In this document: positions 18,548 to 28,542 of the stretch, in pieces
How the letters are laid out: the number at the start of each line of letters is the position of its first letter
Position numbering within the stretch: position 1 is the first letter of the stretch
Virus record (IMG/VR): IMGVR_UViG_3300037116_000081
Coordinates: 1 to 64,000 of that record
Strand: one strand, 5' to 3'
Length of the DNA stretch: 64,000 nucleotides
DNA from: a virus
The notes under the pieces: model-generated
What the model saw: the letters and a program-made list of their open reading frames with translations, nothing else
What the model was told of the DNA's origin: nothing
Databases searched by the model: none
Position numbers and translations under genes: made by a program

Positions 18548-19204
18548 ATGTACGTCACTTCCGACATGGCATGTAACCAGCCGAACAGCGCTACTCCAAT
18601 GAGTCAAGCGCGGATCACGGCACAGAACAACCGTGTCGCGAGAGTCGGCAGTCAATTCGAAAACGGCAACGCAATCTTGAGCAACCTGGTTCAGAAACTC
18701 GGCGGGATAGGAATCGGGAACCCTCCGGGGACTTCACCACGAACCACTACCCCAACATTTGTGAATTCGCCGTCATGCTCAACCGCGGTACTCACTGGTG
18801 GCGGAATCTACGGCCGGCGTCTTCCGGTTCTTGGCGGACCAACTGGCCAGCCGATGTTGCAACCTGACGGGACGTGGGCACTCCCCGCGACTCCGGGCGC
18901 CCCTTCTCTCGCTACAGTGGGAGCCTCAACGAACGGCGCAAGTTTAGTAAGCACGGCTCCCGCGGTCCCTGCGGTTGCGAACGCGGCAACCATCGGATTA
19001 GAGAACAACGTCCCTGGTGGATCGAGCCCCGGAATAACTCCTACGACTTTAGGCGGCGGCGGACTATATGACGGAACGGGTTACTGCGCGGCAAACCGTC
19101 CGAGCATTCCAGCGCAACCGGGTGGGGCAGACGTCAATCCGATGTGGCTATTAGGTGGATTACTTTTCATCGTCGGCATAAGCGCAATGATGGGCAAAAA
19201 CTGA
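18548..19204 (+). CDS. Tail-anchored virion membrane protein
   Basis: Gly/Pro/Thr-rich; PMW-TM-GKN. Confidence 0.7.
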   Translation: MYVTSDMACNQPNSATPMSQARITAQNNRVARVGSQFENGNAILSNLVQKLGGIGIGNPPGTSPRTTTPTFVNSPSCSTAVLTGGGIYGRRLPVLGGPTGQPMLQPDGTWALPATPGAPSLATVGASTNGASLVSTAPAVPAVANAATIGLENNVPGGSSPGITPTTLGGGGLYDGTGYCAANRPSIPAQPGGADVNPMWLLGGLLFIVGISAMMGKN

Positions 19205-19636
19205 ATGAGACTCGCAAACCTCACCGATTACCAGTTGCAGGGCTGTAACCGTTGGCAACTTCCAAACGGAGCCATCAAGCTCGCTATTGCTCGAGTGATC
19301 CCGTTTTATCAGTTCATCAACGCTACCCAAGTTTTGAACGATCTCGAAGTAGGCACACCCCCAGATCACGACTTCGTGTGCAAGGTTGTCAGCTCAACCG
19401 GAGTAACACCAGGGACTTTAGTGCAGATTCAGTGGCCTGATGGCCGCTACTTGTCAAATCCGGGCGTCGATTTCTTCAGCTTTGTCGGCACCGGGCGGCG
19501 CGGAAGGTTGATTTCCCCGCATAAATTCATGCCCAAAAATTCGAAAATACGCATCAATCTGGATAATTCCCTGGTGGCGTCGAATGCCAACATGGAGATA
19601 TATTTTGAAGGCGTAATTCTGGTGGACATGGTATGA
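19205..19636 (+). CDS. Beta-rich minor capsid/penton-like protein (one domain)
   Basis: D.DF...IQWPDGRYLS...F.G pattern shared with the next two genes. Confidence 0.55.
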   Translation: MRLANLTDYQLQGCNRWQLPNGAIKLAIARVIPFYQFINATQVLNDLEVGTPPDHDFVCKVVSSTGVTPGTLVQIQWPDGRYLSNPGVDFFSFVGTGRRGRLISPHKFMPKNSKIRINLDNSLVASNANMEIYFEGVILVDMV

Positions 19637-20559
19637 CAGGGAATCCATACGCGCCGTCCTGGATGGGCTACACGCCCGTCATTGCGGGAGTCGAAGACTT
19701 CGAATTCGATCTCGACTTACAACCCGTTGCGGTCCCGGCCGGCTCGTTTGTTCTTGGGACTGCGCTCGCGGTTGACGTTGACGCGGATTATCTCGTCAGA
19801 GAGATGCAGTTTTTCGTTACCGCGGTCACGATTGACGGCGGAGCTGCGCCAGCCACGGCTTTAGCTTCTGATATCCGCGTGCGCATCCGAGATGGACAGG
19901 GCAGGCTGTTTACATCCGACTTCATTCCGATAGCGGATCTAAGCGGGCCGCTCTGTCCACCGTGGCCAGTACGGCGCGGTTCGGTGCTTCTGATCGACTA
20001 CCAGAACATCAATACGACCGCCTCAGAAATCGCCACAGTCTGGATGCTGCTGAAGGGCTGGAAACGGAATCCATGTCCCGGCACGAAGGCTTTCACCCCT
20101 CCGTACGTCCCGATGTATCGGCAATACCCGACACCGCAACCGGGGACCGAATTTGAAGACTTTGAATATCCCTTCACGTTCACCGAACCCGGCGCGATCG
20201 ATCTTCTGAAAATCCCATTGCAGACGGATAACGACGCGGATTTCTGGTGGTGCGGAATCTCAGGGGATTGGAACACGGCTAACAACGATGTCGCTGTAGT
20301 CGGAAGTGTGGGCGTCACGTTTTACGACGCGATCGGCTTGCCTATGATGCAAGCGAGACTCTTGAATCCGTGGGGCTCACTGGTTGGACCGTTGTTCCGC
20401 GAGTCCGTCTTTTCCTCAGGCGGCGGGAGACCCGCTGGCTTCTTGCCTGCGATCTTCATTCCGAGGGGCGGGGTTATCCAGGTGGATATGAGTTTCGGCC
20501 AAGCTGCGACGTTGCGGTTCTCGCTTCGCGGGAAGAAAATCTACGGAGCCTGCAAATGA
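19633..20559 (+). CDS. Minor capsid-like protein with two tandem beta domains
   Basis: Internal repeat EDFEF..DVDADY..LKGWK / EDFEY..DNDADF..LRGKK. Confidence 0.6.
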   Translation: MTGNPYAPSWMGYTPVIAGVEDFEFDLDLQPVAVPAGSFVLGTALAVDVDADYLVREMQFFVTAVTIDGGAAPATALASDIRVRIRDGQGRLFTSDFIPIADLSGPLCPPWPVRRGSVLLIDYQNINTTASEIATVWMLLKGWKRNPCPGTKAFTPPYVPMYRQYPTPQPGTEFEDFEYPFTFTEPGAIDLLKIPLQTDNDADFWWCGISGDWNTANNDVAVVGSVGVTFYDAIGLPMMQARLLNPWGSLVGPLFRESVFSSGGGRPAGFLPAIFIPRGGVIQVDMSFGQAATLRFSLRGKKIYGACK

Positions 20560-21365
20560 TCGAGCGGCCACAGTGGTACAGCTTCTCTTATGTCAACACC
20601 GCTTTGGCGGCGGGCGCGCAGCGTCTTTATCAGGAGTTGACGCTCGACACTGACGCGCCGTTCCGAATGACAGGCGTTGCGGTGTACGTCTTCAATTCAG
20701 CAGGCGTTCCGCTAGGACCGGCGGGTAACGTTGGGGTGACGTTGCGGTTCACGATGCCGGATTTATCGTGGATTCAAAAACATCTCGACTCCGCGCAACT
20801 TGTGAATACCTACGACGCGCAAGCGGTTAATGGTGCGGGTGGTCTGACGGCTCCCTACTACGCTTACTTTTCTCCGCTCGGGAAAAACCTTTTCTATCAG
20901 ACAGGCTCGCGTATCGTGATTGACTTCGCGGAACTCGCGGGAATCACAGACGCCGTGGTGATGATTGTTTTCCTCGGGACCAAACTCTACGGCGATGGTT
21001 CGGTGTGGTGGCCGATTCATGACCCGACGAAACCAGCTCGGCCTTATATCGGTTACTCAGTGCAGTTCGATCCGACCAAACTTCCGTTGTATAACATTCC
21101 GTTGAGCATCAACCCGGATGCGGATTTCGCTTGGCAGTGCGGCGCCCAAACATCGCAACCCGCGGCGGCTCTTTCGCCGGTAGGGGCAATCCGGAACATC
21201 GGGATCAAGGTCAAAGACTGGACGGGAAAGTATTACATGAACGACTACATCCCGCTCGATCTGATCTTTGGCTTCGACAATTCTCAAACGCCCGGCTTGT
21301 TGTACCCTGAAATCTACATTCCGAAAAATCAATTGCTCTACATGGATCTGGAGACCTTGGGATAA
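20556..21365 (+). CDS. Minor capsid-like protein with two tandem beta domains
   Basis: ATGA coupling; LDTDAPF..FLGTK / INPDADF..KDWTGKYYMND repeats. Confidence 0.6.
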   Translation: MIERPQWYSFSYVNTALAAGAQRLYQELTLDTDAPFRMTGVAVYVFNSAGVPLGPAGNVGVTLRFTMPDLSWIQKHLDSAQLVNTYDAQAVNGAGGLTAPYYAYFSPLGKNLFYQTGSRIVIDFAELAGITDAVVMIVFLGTKLYGDGSVWWPIHDPTKPARPYIGYSVQFDPTKLPLYNIPLSINPDADFAWQCGAQTSQPAAALSPVGAIRNIGIKVKDWTGKYYMNDYIPLDLIFGFDNSQTPGLLYPEIYIPKNQLLYMDLETLG

Positions 21366-22594
21366 TGGGCGGATTTCTATTCAATAACAAGATAATCGGC
21401 AGCGGCGGCTATCCGCAGAGCGATCAGTTTGGGATTTTCATGACGCCGATCAACGGGCCTGACGGCAGTACCTACCCACCAGGTGGAGCCGTTTTAGCTT
21501 CGCTTGCCGTGTGCGCTCCATTAAGCAGCGGGAGCGGTGCCGGATATGCCGCAGCAATAGTATTGCAACGGCAAGGTTATCCGGGCGGCTGGCTGAATCA
21601 ACTGGATTTGATTCCGGGCACGGGCGTGGACGCGACAGCAACGGCGGGTTTCCCCGGACTGAGCGGAAACACTGCCATCATCAGCTACTATGTGTCCGGC
21701 GTGTTTCCAAACGGCGCGGCATTCGCTTGCGTGAGAAATTCTGTCGGGGTGTGGAGCATTCAGCAGCAATTGGTCCCTGGCGACGGCGCTCCGCAGCAAA
21801 ATTACGGCTTCACATGCTCTATCTTTGGAAATATCGCAGTGATTGCGTCAACGGTGGGAGACGGCCCCGCTATCTATGTGTTTCTGCGAACCGGGACCAC
21901 GTGGACGCAGGTCCAGCAGTTCCAACCGGGCGACATAGGGCCGAGTGACGATCTTGCGGTAGCGGCGATGACCGCGAACCAATTGTTTCTGAGCGCGAAT
22001 GAGCAGAACACGAACACCGGCGCGGTGTACGTTTACACTCTCGTGGGCGGGCAATACCAGTTCACTCAGAAACTTGTTGGAGCTTCGGCCAATGATTTCT
22101 TCGGCGTTAATGTGAGCTGCGACGGGAACACGCTGGTAATCGGCGGCGGCTTCAGTACCACTGGCAAAGCTTACGTCTACACCAAAGCTGGATCAGCATG
22201 GGCAATTTTGCAGACGCTCGTAGGATCAGACAGCTTGAGCGGAGACAGGTTCGGCGAAGGCGTTGCGGTATCTGGAACGTTGATGGCTGTAGGGGCTCCT
22301 ATTGCTACGGTAGGCGGACATGCTATTGCCGGCGCGGCCTACGTCTTTCAATTGATCGCGGGGGTTTGGACCCAAACGCAAAAGCTCACAGCGCCCGTGC
22401 CGGCAGCCAACACCTATTTCGGTTTGTCGGCAGGAGCCATTGCCGGATCACCTTCTTGGATCGCAGTGGGCGCTCCGGCGATCGCGAACGCGGCAGTAGA
22501 AGGCGCGGCGTACTTTTTCTACGGCCCTGCAATCGCGCCTGTAGCTGATCCCTTCGTGACCCTGACATTCAAAGGACAGAAGGTGTACGCATGA
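21365..22594 (+). CDS. FG-GAP-repeat beta-propeller protein (spike candidate)
   Basis: Repeated FG.(G/S)V...VGAP...GAAYVF...W.Q.QKL units. Confidence 0.85.
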   Translation: MGGFLFNNKIIGSGGYPQSDQFGIFMTPINGPDGSTYPPGGAVLASLAVCAPLSSGSGAGYAAAIVLQRQGYPGGWLNQLDLIPGTGVDATATAGFPGLSGNTAIISYYVSGVFPNGAAFACVRNSVGVWSIQQQLVPGDGAPQQNYGFTCSIFGNIAVIASTVGDGPAIYVFLRTGTTWTQVQQFQPGDIGPSDDLAVAAMTANQLFLSANEQNTNTGAVYVYTLVGGQYQFTQKLVGASANDFFGVNVSCDGNTLVIGGGFSTTGKAYVYTKAGSAWAILQTLVGSDSLSGDRFGEGVAVSGTLMAVGAPIATVGGHAIAGAAYVFQLIAGVWTQTQKLTAPVPAANTYFGLSAGAIAGSPSWIAVGAPAIANAAVEGAAYFFYGPAIAPVADPFVTLTFKGQKVYA

Positions 22595-23217
22595 GCGCAG
22601 GCGCTTACTGCACATTCCCGGCACTGCCGCCGTTCAACCCCCTTCGGCTCGCGTCAAATTATCGCGACGGCTACGGAGATCCGCACGCACTCTTGACCGA
22701 GCTTACGGACGCGGTCATCGCATCTGGCTGCTACGTGCCGAGAATCTTTCACGCACCTGACACGTCTGTCGATAACGAGATTCTGCAAACCAACAGATTT
22801 CTCGAATACGCTTTGGCCTTACCGATCGGCTCTTTCATTCTGGCCTACCTACACGGATACACGGCGGCTCCCAGTGCGAACGTTACCGATCCTCCGGTCG
22901 CCTCAGGCTTTCGAGTTCAAATCACGGACATCAAGCCGAACTATAAGTTTTTCGGCAAGCCGGTCCCTGAAGCATTCTTTCTGAATGACATCCCGAGCGC
23001 GAATCCGAACAGCGTGCTTTCGCCAAATTTGTTGTCAGTCCAAAACCAGAGCGCGCGATTGTTGACAGCTCCATATCCCGTGACGGCGCCTGGAATTTTC
23101 AAGATCGAATTCTGGAATATCCTCACAACGGGGAATGTCTCGGCAACGTTGAACCCGAACGTCAGGCTGTCGTTTTTAGTTGCCATCCCTGACCCGGATT
23201 TGAAGGTGGGATCATAA
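22591..23217 (+). CDS. Beta-rich structural protein
   Basis: Coupled; FRVQITD strand resembles the 19205-21365 family. Confidence 0.6.
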   Translation: MSAGAYCTFPALPPFNPLRLASNYRDGYGDPHALLTELTDAVIASGCYVPRIFHAPDTSVDNEILQTNRFLEYALALPIGSFILAYLHGYTAAPSANVTDPPVASGFRVQITDIKPNYKFFGKPVPEAFFLNDIPSANPNSVLSPNLLSVQNQSARLLTAPYPVTAPGIFKIEFWNILTTGNVSATLNPNVRLSFLVAIPDPDLKVGS

Positions 23218-23220
23218 ACC

Positions 23221-23721
23221 ATGGGCGCACTCTCGTTAGCAGACATCCAAAAAGACAAGCGCGATTGGGCAACGTCCTACGTTCCGCCAGAGCGGATCAT
23301 TCCGATCCATCGTCTCCCGATCACTGCGCTCGGCTCAGTTCTATCGCCGGCGTACGGGGTGCTGAATCAAACGCTGATAGTGACTTACACAGTGCGGGCG
23401 AATTGGGCGTGCCTTATAACTCACATCGTGCTCGGCTTCGCGGGACCCGCACCGGCTCCTCTGCCTGGTGACATTATCTGGTCGATTGACATTGATCGGA
23501 ATCTAGGGAGTATGGCGGGATACTTCGAGAAGGACTACGGGAATATCAACATGCCGCTCGGGAGCTTCACGCACGGCTGGATGTGGCCCGTAGAATTTCA
23601 GCACCGGGACAATGAAATCATCCGGGTCAAGGCGTACACGAATCAGAACGTCGCGACGGGTCCGGGCGCGTTCATCACAGCCGCTCTGATCGGCTACGAA
23701 TGGCCGGAGGATTCAGACTAA
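23221..23721 (+). CDS. Beta-rich structural protein (penton-like candidate)
   Basis: Position; ends in ALIGYEW. Confidence 0.6.
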   Translation: MGALSLADIQKDKRDWATSYVPPERIIPIHRLPITALGSVLSPAYGVLNQTLIVTYTVRANWACLITHIVLGFAGPAPAPLPGDIIWSIDIDRNLGSMAGYFEKDYGNINMPLGSFTHGWMWPVEFQHRDNEIIRVKAYTNQNVATGPGAFITAALIGYEWPEDSD

Positions 23722-24584
23722 TGAAACGTTATCTTCTAGCGGCCGCTCTCGCCGTTTCTGCCTACGCACAGGTCCCCGCTCCGGATTGCATCGCCAGCTT
23801 CACTCTGAGCGCGGCGGGCTCCCAAACTGGCTTTGCGAACCAGGGCTGCATCTTTTGGAACATGACGTATCGAAACTTCGGTTTCACGGGGCTCTCTCTG
23901 ACTCTCCAGCAAGCTCCGGATGCGAACAACGCACCAGGTACGTGGAAGACTTTCGCGGGCACGGGCGAAGTGGGCTCGAATCCGTCAACGTCGATCACGG
24001 GCGCTTACTACACGATCATTGCATTGGATACCGATCTTGCGGCGTGGGTGCGAGTGACGCTCTCCGGACTAACAGGAACCGGCTTCGTTACCGGCTACGC
24101 CTTCGGGTACAAGACTTACCCCGGCGCGTCAGGCGGCGGTGGCGGCGGTGGCGGCTGTACATCTCCCTGCGTTGTCATTGGACCGGACGCTACGGGTGTG
24201 ACTCCTACTCAAGACCCGGTACAAATCGCGACTACGGACGGCTCCGGGAACGTGGTCCGTCCAATGTACTGCTCACTCAGTGCGCCGATCACGGTTACAG
24301 GGTCCGGGCTTACTCAGATCGTGGCGCTCAGTGGTGGACAGCAAATTGAGATTTGCAACATCTCCGTTTCCTTCGCGTCGGGCGTGGATTTCCAGCTCGA
24401 AACCGGCACAGGCTCAAATTGCGCGGGCGCGACTACCGCACTTACGGGCGTATACAAGACAGTGCTTACGGTCGCACTCGATTTCACCAGCGGCACACTG
24501 AACGGTGTTGTCTCTCAAGCCCTCTGCATCAACCTTGGCGCGGGCGTCACAGGCGGCGGCGTCGTAAACTACGGCCTGAGGTAA
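23721..24584 (+). CDS. Signal-peptide-bearing two-domain spike protein
   Basis: MKRYLLAAALAVSAYAQ signal; poly-Gly linker. Confidence 0.7.
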   Translation: MKRYLLAAALAVSAYAQVPAPDCIASFTLSAAGSQTGFANQGCIFWNMTYRNFGFTGLSLTLQQAPDANNAPGTWKTFAGTGEVGSNPSTSITGAYYTIIALDTDLAAWVRVTLSGLTGTGFVTGYAFGYKTYPGASGGGGGGGGCTSPCVVIGPDATGVTPTQDPVQIATTDGSGNVVRPMYCSLSAPITVTGSGLTQIVALSGGQQIEICNISVSFASGVDFQLETGTGSNCAGATTALTGVYKTVLTVALDFTSGTLNGVVSQALCINLGAGVTGGGVVNYGLR

Positions 24585-24585
24585 A

Positions 24586-25986
24586 ATGCTAAATCTGAAA
24601 TCCAAGTGGGTTAAACTGTCTGCCGGTTTGATGGCCGGAGCTGCGCTTCTGTGGGCCTCAGGGATCGCGCCGCAAGCCTACAACCTGATCGTGGGCAACG
24701 GGACACCAGCCGGAAGAGGCAGCACGCTTAGCTTTCCAAACACGGCATCGGTGAGCTGGTCCTGTTCGACTACAGGCATTGTTACCACGTGCCTTGCGAC
24801 CGCATCCGGTGGCGGTGGAGGCAGCGGCGGGGGAATCGTCACGTATTCATCAGGCGCAGCATTGACGCCAGCCGGAACGCAATTCGTAGCTATCGGCGGC
24901 GGCGGGCAAGCATCCGCGACTGAATCTGACGTTGAGATCGGCGCTCCATCAGCCGCGACGATTAGCTCGATGTTTGTCAATCTCGACCTTCCTGCGGGAA
25001 CGGGTAATTCAATCGCGTTCATCTGGCGCAAGGCCGGGGCGGATCAAACTCTTACATGTACGATCTCCGGAGTTTCCGCGACGACCTGCAGCGACACGAC
25101 CCACAGCTTCACTGTGGCGCAGGGCGATTTGATCGACATCAAATTGGTTACGACAGGCACGGTCATTGTAGCTCCCGGCCTGACCATCGCGACGGCCTAC
25201 GGAGTCTCCGGATCGGCTGGGTATTTGACCATTCAGAATAACGGTACTCCACTCGCGCAAGAGCCGGTGTTGAATCTTACGGACGGCACGAACACGACGA
25301 TGGTCTGTGCCGACAATCCAGGTGTTGCAACAAACTGCCAAGTCAACGCATCGGGCGGAGGCGGTGGCACTTTCTCCGCTCTTCCGCCGTACTTGTATGA
25401 CGGCACTAATTATTTCGCGCCTTCCTCCGCAGTTGTCAAGCCTGTGCCGGGTAACTTCACATGGCAGAATCAAGGCGGTGCTACGAACACGACCACTGCG
25501 AACGGGGCGATCTATCTGCTAGGGACAAACGGGAGCCTTGACAACCGATTCTATGAAGAAGCTTGTCCGGGAAGCACCCCTTACACAATCACGGTTGCAT
25601 TCATGCCCCAATTAACGGCTAACACTTTCGCTTGGCTGGGTTTTGGATTCCGTGATCCCGTCGCCGGGAGACTTGAATATATGGCGCTGGAAGGCAACGG
25701 GGCTCAGATCGAAGTTGCTTTATGGGGCTCGATTGCGGGTTTTGCTGGACGAAGCGCTAACAGGTCAGTAGCAGCGGTTCCTTCTGTTCTGTGGTTTAGG
25801 GTGGGGAATGACGGTACAAATCTAACTTTTTCCTGGAGCGTAGACGGTATCAATTTCTTTCAAATACTGGCCGATCCAATCTCCGGCGGTTTTCTGAACG
25901 CCACTCCTACACAATGCGGGTTCTTCTTGGTTAACAACGATTCGAGCCCTGCAATCAGCGCGATGACAGTCTTGAGTGTCCAATGA
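24586..25986 (+). CDS. Multi-domain spike/receptor-binding protein with lectin-like C-domain
   Basis: Signal-like N-terminus; poly-Gly linkers; WFRV..DG.NLTFSWS.DG.NF motif. Confidence 0.7.
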   Translation: MLNLKSKWVKLSAGLMAGAALLWASGIAPQAYNLIVGNGTPAGRGSTLSFPNTASVSWSCSTTGIVTTCLATASGGGGGSGGGIVTYSSGAALTPAGTQFVAIGGGGQASATESDVEIGAPSAATISSMFVNLDLPAGTGNSIAFIWRKAGADQTLTCTISGVSATTCSDTTHSFTVAQGDLIDIKLVTTGTVIVAPGLTIATAYGVSGSAGYLTIQNNGTPLAQEPVLNLTDGTNTTMVCADNPGVATNCQVNASGGGGGTFSALPPYLYDGTNYFAPSSAVVKPVPGNFTWQNQGGATNTTTANGAIYLLGTNGSLDNRFYEEACPGSTPYTITVAFMPQLTANTFAWLGFGFRDPVAGRLEYMALEGNGAQIEVALWGSIAGFAGRSANRSVAAVPSVLWFRVGNDGTNLTFSWSVDGINFFQILADPISGGFLNATPTQCGFFLVNNDSSPAISAMTVLSVQ

Positions 25987-26265
25987 AAATGTTCCTTTCA
26001 AACAATCCTGACGTAGCCGAACTCTTAGGCGCTGGGCTCATCGCTCTGTTCTTCATGCTGGGCGACTACTACGCTTCACGTGTGGAAGGCGGGTACACGA
26101 TCGCGCGGTCAGTGGAAACGATTCGCGATATGTCGGCTTCAGTTCAAGAGGGCACACCATGAAGTTGAGAGGCTGGATACTCATGGCTCTCTGGAGTGGT
26201 TTCTACAGAAGCATCTTGCGTTTTGTGCCGCACTGGAATTGCGGCACGGAGAAAGGTCGATCCGA

Positions 26266-26520
26266 ATGAACGATAATCCGCTAGGCCCATTGCAGGGCAC
26301 ATCGAGTCAGCAGTTCCACCTGAACACGCTGGATTTCCAGAAAGTCGGCCGCATGGTGCTAGTGCAGATCATCGGGCTCGGCCTGACGCTCGGGGTTCCG
26401 TGGTTGCTGAAGCTTTCCTACGTGTGGAAGGGCCACGATTACACGCCAGATGTCCTGATCGTGGTGAACTGCGTAGCTGAACTGGGGAGACGTTTTCTGA
26501 CCGGGGCACCGAAGACCTGA
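26266..26520 (+). CDS. Holin-like 2-TM protein
   Basis: 84 aa; close paralogue at 46593..46847. Confidence 0.55.
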   Translation: MNDNPLGPLQGTSSQQFHLNTLDFQKVGRMVLVQIIGLGLTLGVPWLLKLSYVWKGHDYTPDVLIVVNCVAELGRRFLTGAPKT

Positions 26521-26697
26521 AAGGAACCCATGAAAGATATCATTCAACGAGTGCTGCTTGAACAGACGAACCTCTCGGACGCAAAGGCGGAGTATGTGGC
26601 ACGGGAAATCGTGAACGCGTTGGGGCCTTACGCGCGGAACGATGATATCGGCAGCAGAACCGAGTACGCGGAGTCCGCAACTTAAAAGTAGAGGCGT

Positions 26698-27105
26698 GTG
26701 TTAACCTTGATGTTGAATCCGTTCGCTGATTACCACTTCATCTTTGATATCATCTCTGGCGTTGCGGTTGTCGCGGGCTCCTACTTCGGGCTCATGATAA
26801 AGAACGCGCTCGGGGCCATCCGGCTAGAGCAGGCCAACGCGAAGTCCGAACTACTCTTACAGCAATCGCACACGAAAGCAGAACTACTCGCCCATCAGAA
26901 CGAAGTCAAAGAGGAAATGCTCGAACAGCATGACGTGGTTGTCGAAGGGCAGCACGATTTAAGGGCCGAGTTTGTGGATAAACACGCTGAAAACAAACAA
27001 TCTCTTGCGGTTCACCTCAATGACGATGACCGCCGATTTGAAGCCTTGAACACAGTGCTGGCGCGGATCGATAAGACGGTCGAGAAGATAGCCAACGGGC
27101 ACTGA
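26698..27105 (+). CDS. TM plus coiled-coil protein (lysis-associated?)
   Basis: One TM followed by a heptad-like helix. Confidence 0.6.
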   Translation: MLTLMLNPFADYHFIFDIISGVAVVAGSYFGLMIKNALGAIRLEQANAKSELLLQQSHTKAELLAHQNEVKEEMLEQHDVVVEGQHDLRAEFVDKHAENKQSLAVHLNDDDRRFEALNTVLARIDKTVEKIANGH

Positions 27106-27227
27106 CGACAGCCCAACCTTTGGGCGGGGATACTCCAGATCCCCGCCGACACCTGACTGAGCACATTTGAACAGTATCAAAACCCCTGAACTGGGGTATA
27201 CTCCAATCTGAAGAGGAGAAAACGAAA

Positions 27228-27521
27228 ATGTCTACCAAGCCTGTTCCAGCAACGGATAAAAACGAGAAAACCATCTCGGTGAACGTGGAAGGAAAATCGC
27301 GCCAAGTCGTCATTCAGCGGCACGAAACCACCACACACATTCTCGATCGGCTGAACCTGAAGGGCTATCAGCTCTCCATGGGGCCGAGCACGCCACAGAA
27401 AACTAACGTGCTCAACGCCGGCGATATCGTTTTTGACAACGTAGTAGAAAACGAAGGGCTCGTCGCGACTGCGGTTCCGCCTGTCGGAAGACCTGCGCAA
27501 CCTCAGCCCGTCAAAAAGTAG
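27228..27521 (+). CDS. Hypothetical protein, possible ubiquitin-like beta-grasp fold
   Basis: Own TTGAAC-17-TATACT promoter and GAGGAG RBS; beta-beta-helix pattern. Confidence 0.6.
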   Translation: MSTKPVPATDKNEKTISVNVEGKSRQVVIQRHETTTHILDRLNLKGYQLSMGPSTPQKTNVLNAGDIVFDNVVENEGLVATAVPPVGRPAQPQPVKK

Positions 27522-27526
27522 GGACT

Positions 27527-27730
27527 ATGTTCCCTGCCTTTCTGATCCAGATTGTCATTTGCCTCATCATCGTGGGGCTCCTGCTGTACGTGGTCAACCT
27601 TCTGCCGATTGAGCCGAACATCAAGCAGATTATCCGGGTGGTGGTGATTGTGTTCGTTGTCATCTGGTTACTCTATGCTTTGATGGGTGCGGCTCCTATG
27701 GCTCCTATGAGTTTGCCCCTTAGACGTTGA
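27527..27730 (+). CDS. Thivi_2564-like small membrane protein
   Basis: IIVGLLLY.VN.LP...IK.II.VVV...V.WLL pattern. Confidence 0.7.
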   Translation: MFPAFLIQIVICLIIVGLLLYVVNLLPIEPNIKQIIRVVVIVFVVIWLLYALMGAAPMAPMSLPLRR

Positions 27731-27815
27731 ATCACAGCCGGCTTTAGGCGTATACTTCTGACATGAGCATCCTCCGTTTCGTGCGGCATTGGAGTAGCCG
27801 CACGGAGGGCTGTCG

Positions 27816-28232
27816 ATGACACCGACCTTGCAGGCGCGATCTGTACACTTCAGCTCCTCATCAGACCGTTGGGCCACCCCGCGGGCCGTTTACGATGCGC
27901 TCGACGCGGAGTTTGCTTTTGATTTTGACCCATGCCCGTTAGATGGAAGCGCAGACGGCCTAGCCAGCCTGTTTACGGAGTGGCGTGGAAGGCGGGTATT
28001 CTGCAACCCTCCGTATGGCCCCGGCCTCGGAAAGTGGCTGGAACGTGGCCTAGAAGCCGAACTAGCAGTCTTCCTCGTCCCTGCCCGCACTGATACGCGC
28101 TGGTTCCATGACATCGTGCTACCAAAAGCGGTGGAGATACGATTCCTGAAGGGCCGCCTGACATTCGGAGATGCCGTCAACCCGGCCCCGTTTCCTAGTA
28201 TGGTAGTGATATTCCAGAGGGCAGGTCGATGA
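27816..28232 (+). CDS. Phage DNA N6-adenine methyltransferase
   Basis: W.TP..LD.EF.FD.DPC, FCNPPYG, LVPARTDT.WF and IRF..GRL.F motifs. Confidence 0.9.
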   Translation: MTPTLQARSVHFSSSSDRWATPRAVYDALDAEFAFDFDPCPLDGSADGLASLFTEWRGRRVFCNPPYGPGLGKWLERGLEAELAVFLVPARTDTRWFHDIVLPKAVEIRFLKGRLTFGDAVNPAPFPSMVVIFQRAGR

Positions 28233-28542
28233 CCCGGCTGCTACTCGCGGTGTGGTGGTCTGCCGCTGGTTGGATTGCCATGTGCGCGGGTGTTAGCTGG
28301 ATTCTTTTTAACGGTTGGTTGCGGAAGACAGTTCAAACTCTTGGGCGGGGCTACTCCAAGTGCCCCGCCGAAACCCCAAAGTAGCGTATGACACTACAGG
28401 TCTGTGACGTATGCCGATTAGTAGACGGAGACTTGTCAGTGAAGTTGTGCGACTGGTGCCAATCCTGTAAAGCGTGGATATGTCAGAAGGACTGGAATAA
28501 CTGGCCCCGGCGCTCGCTCGCGGCTATTCGGAGAATGAGACA

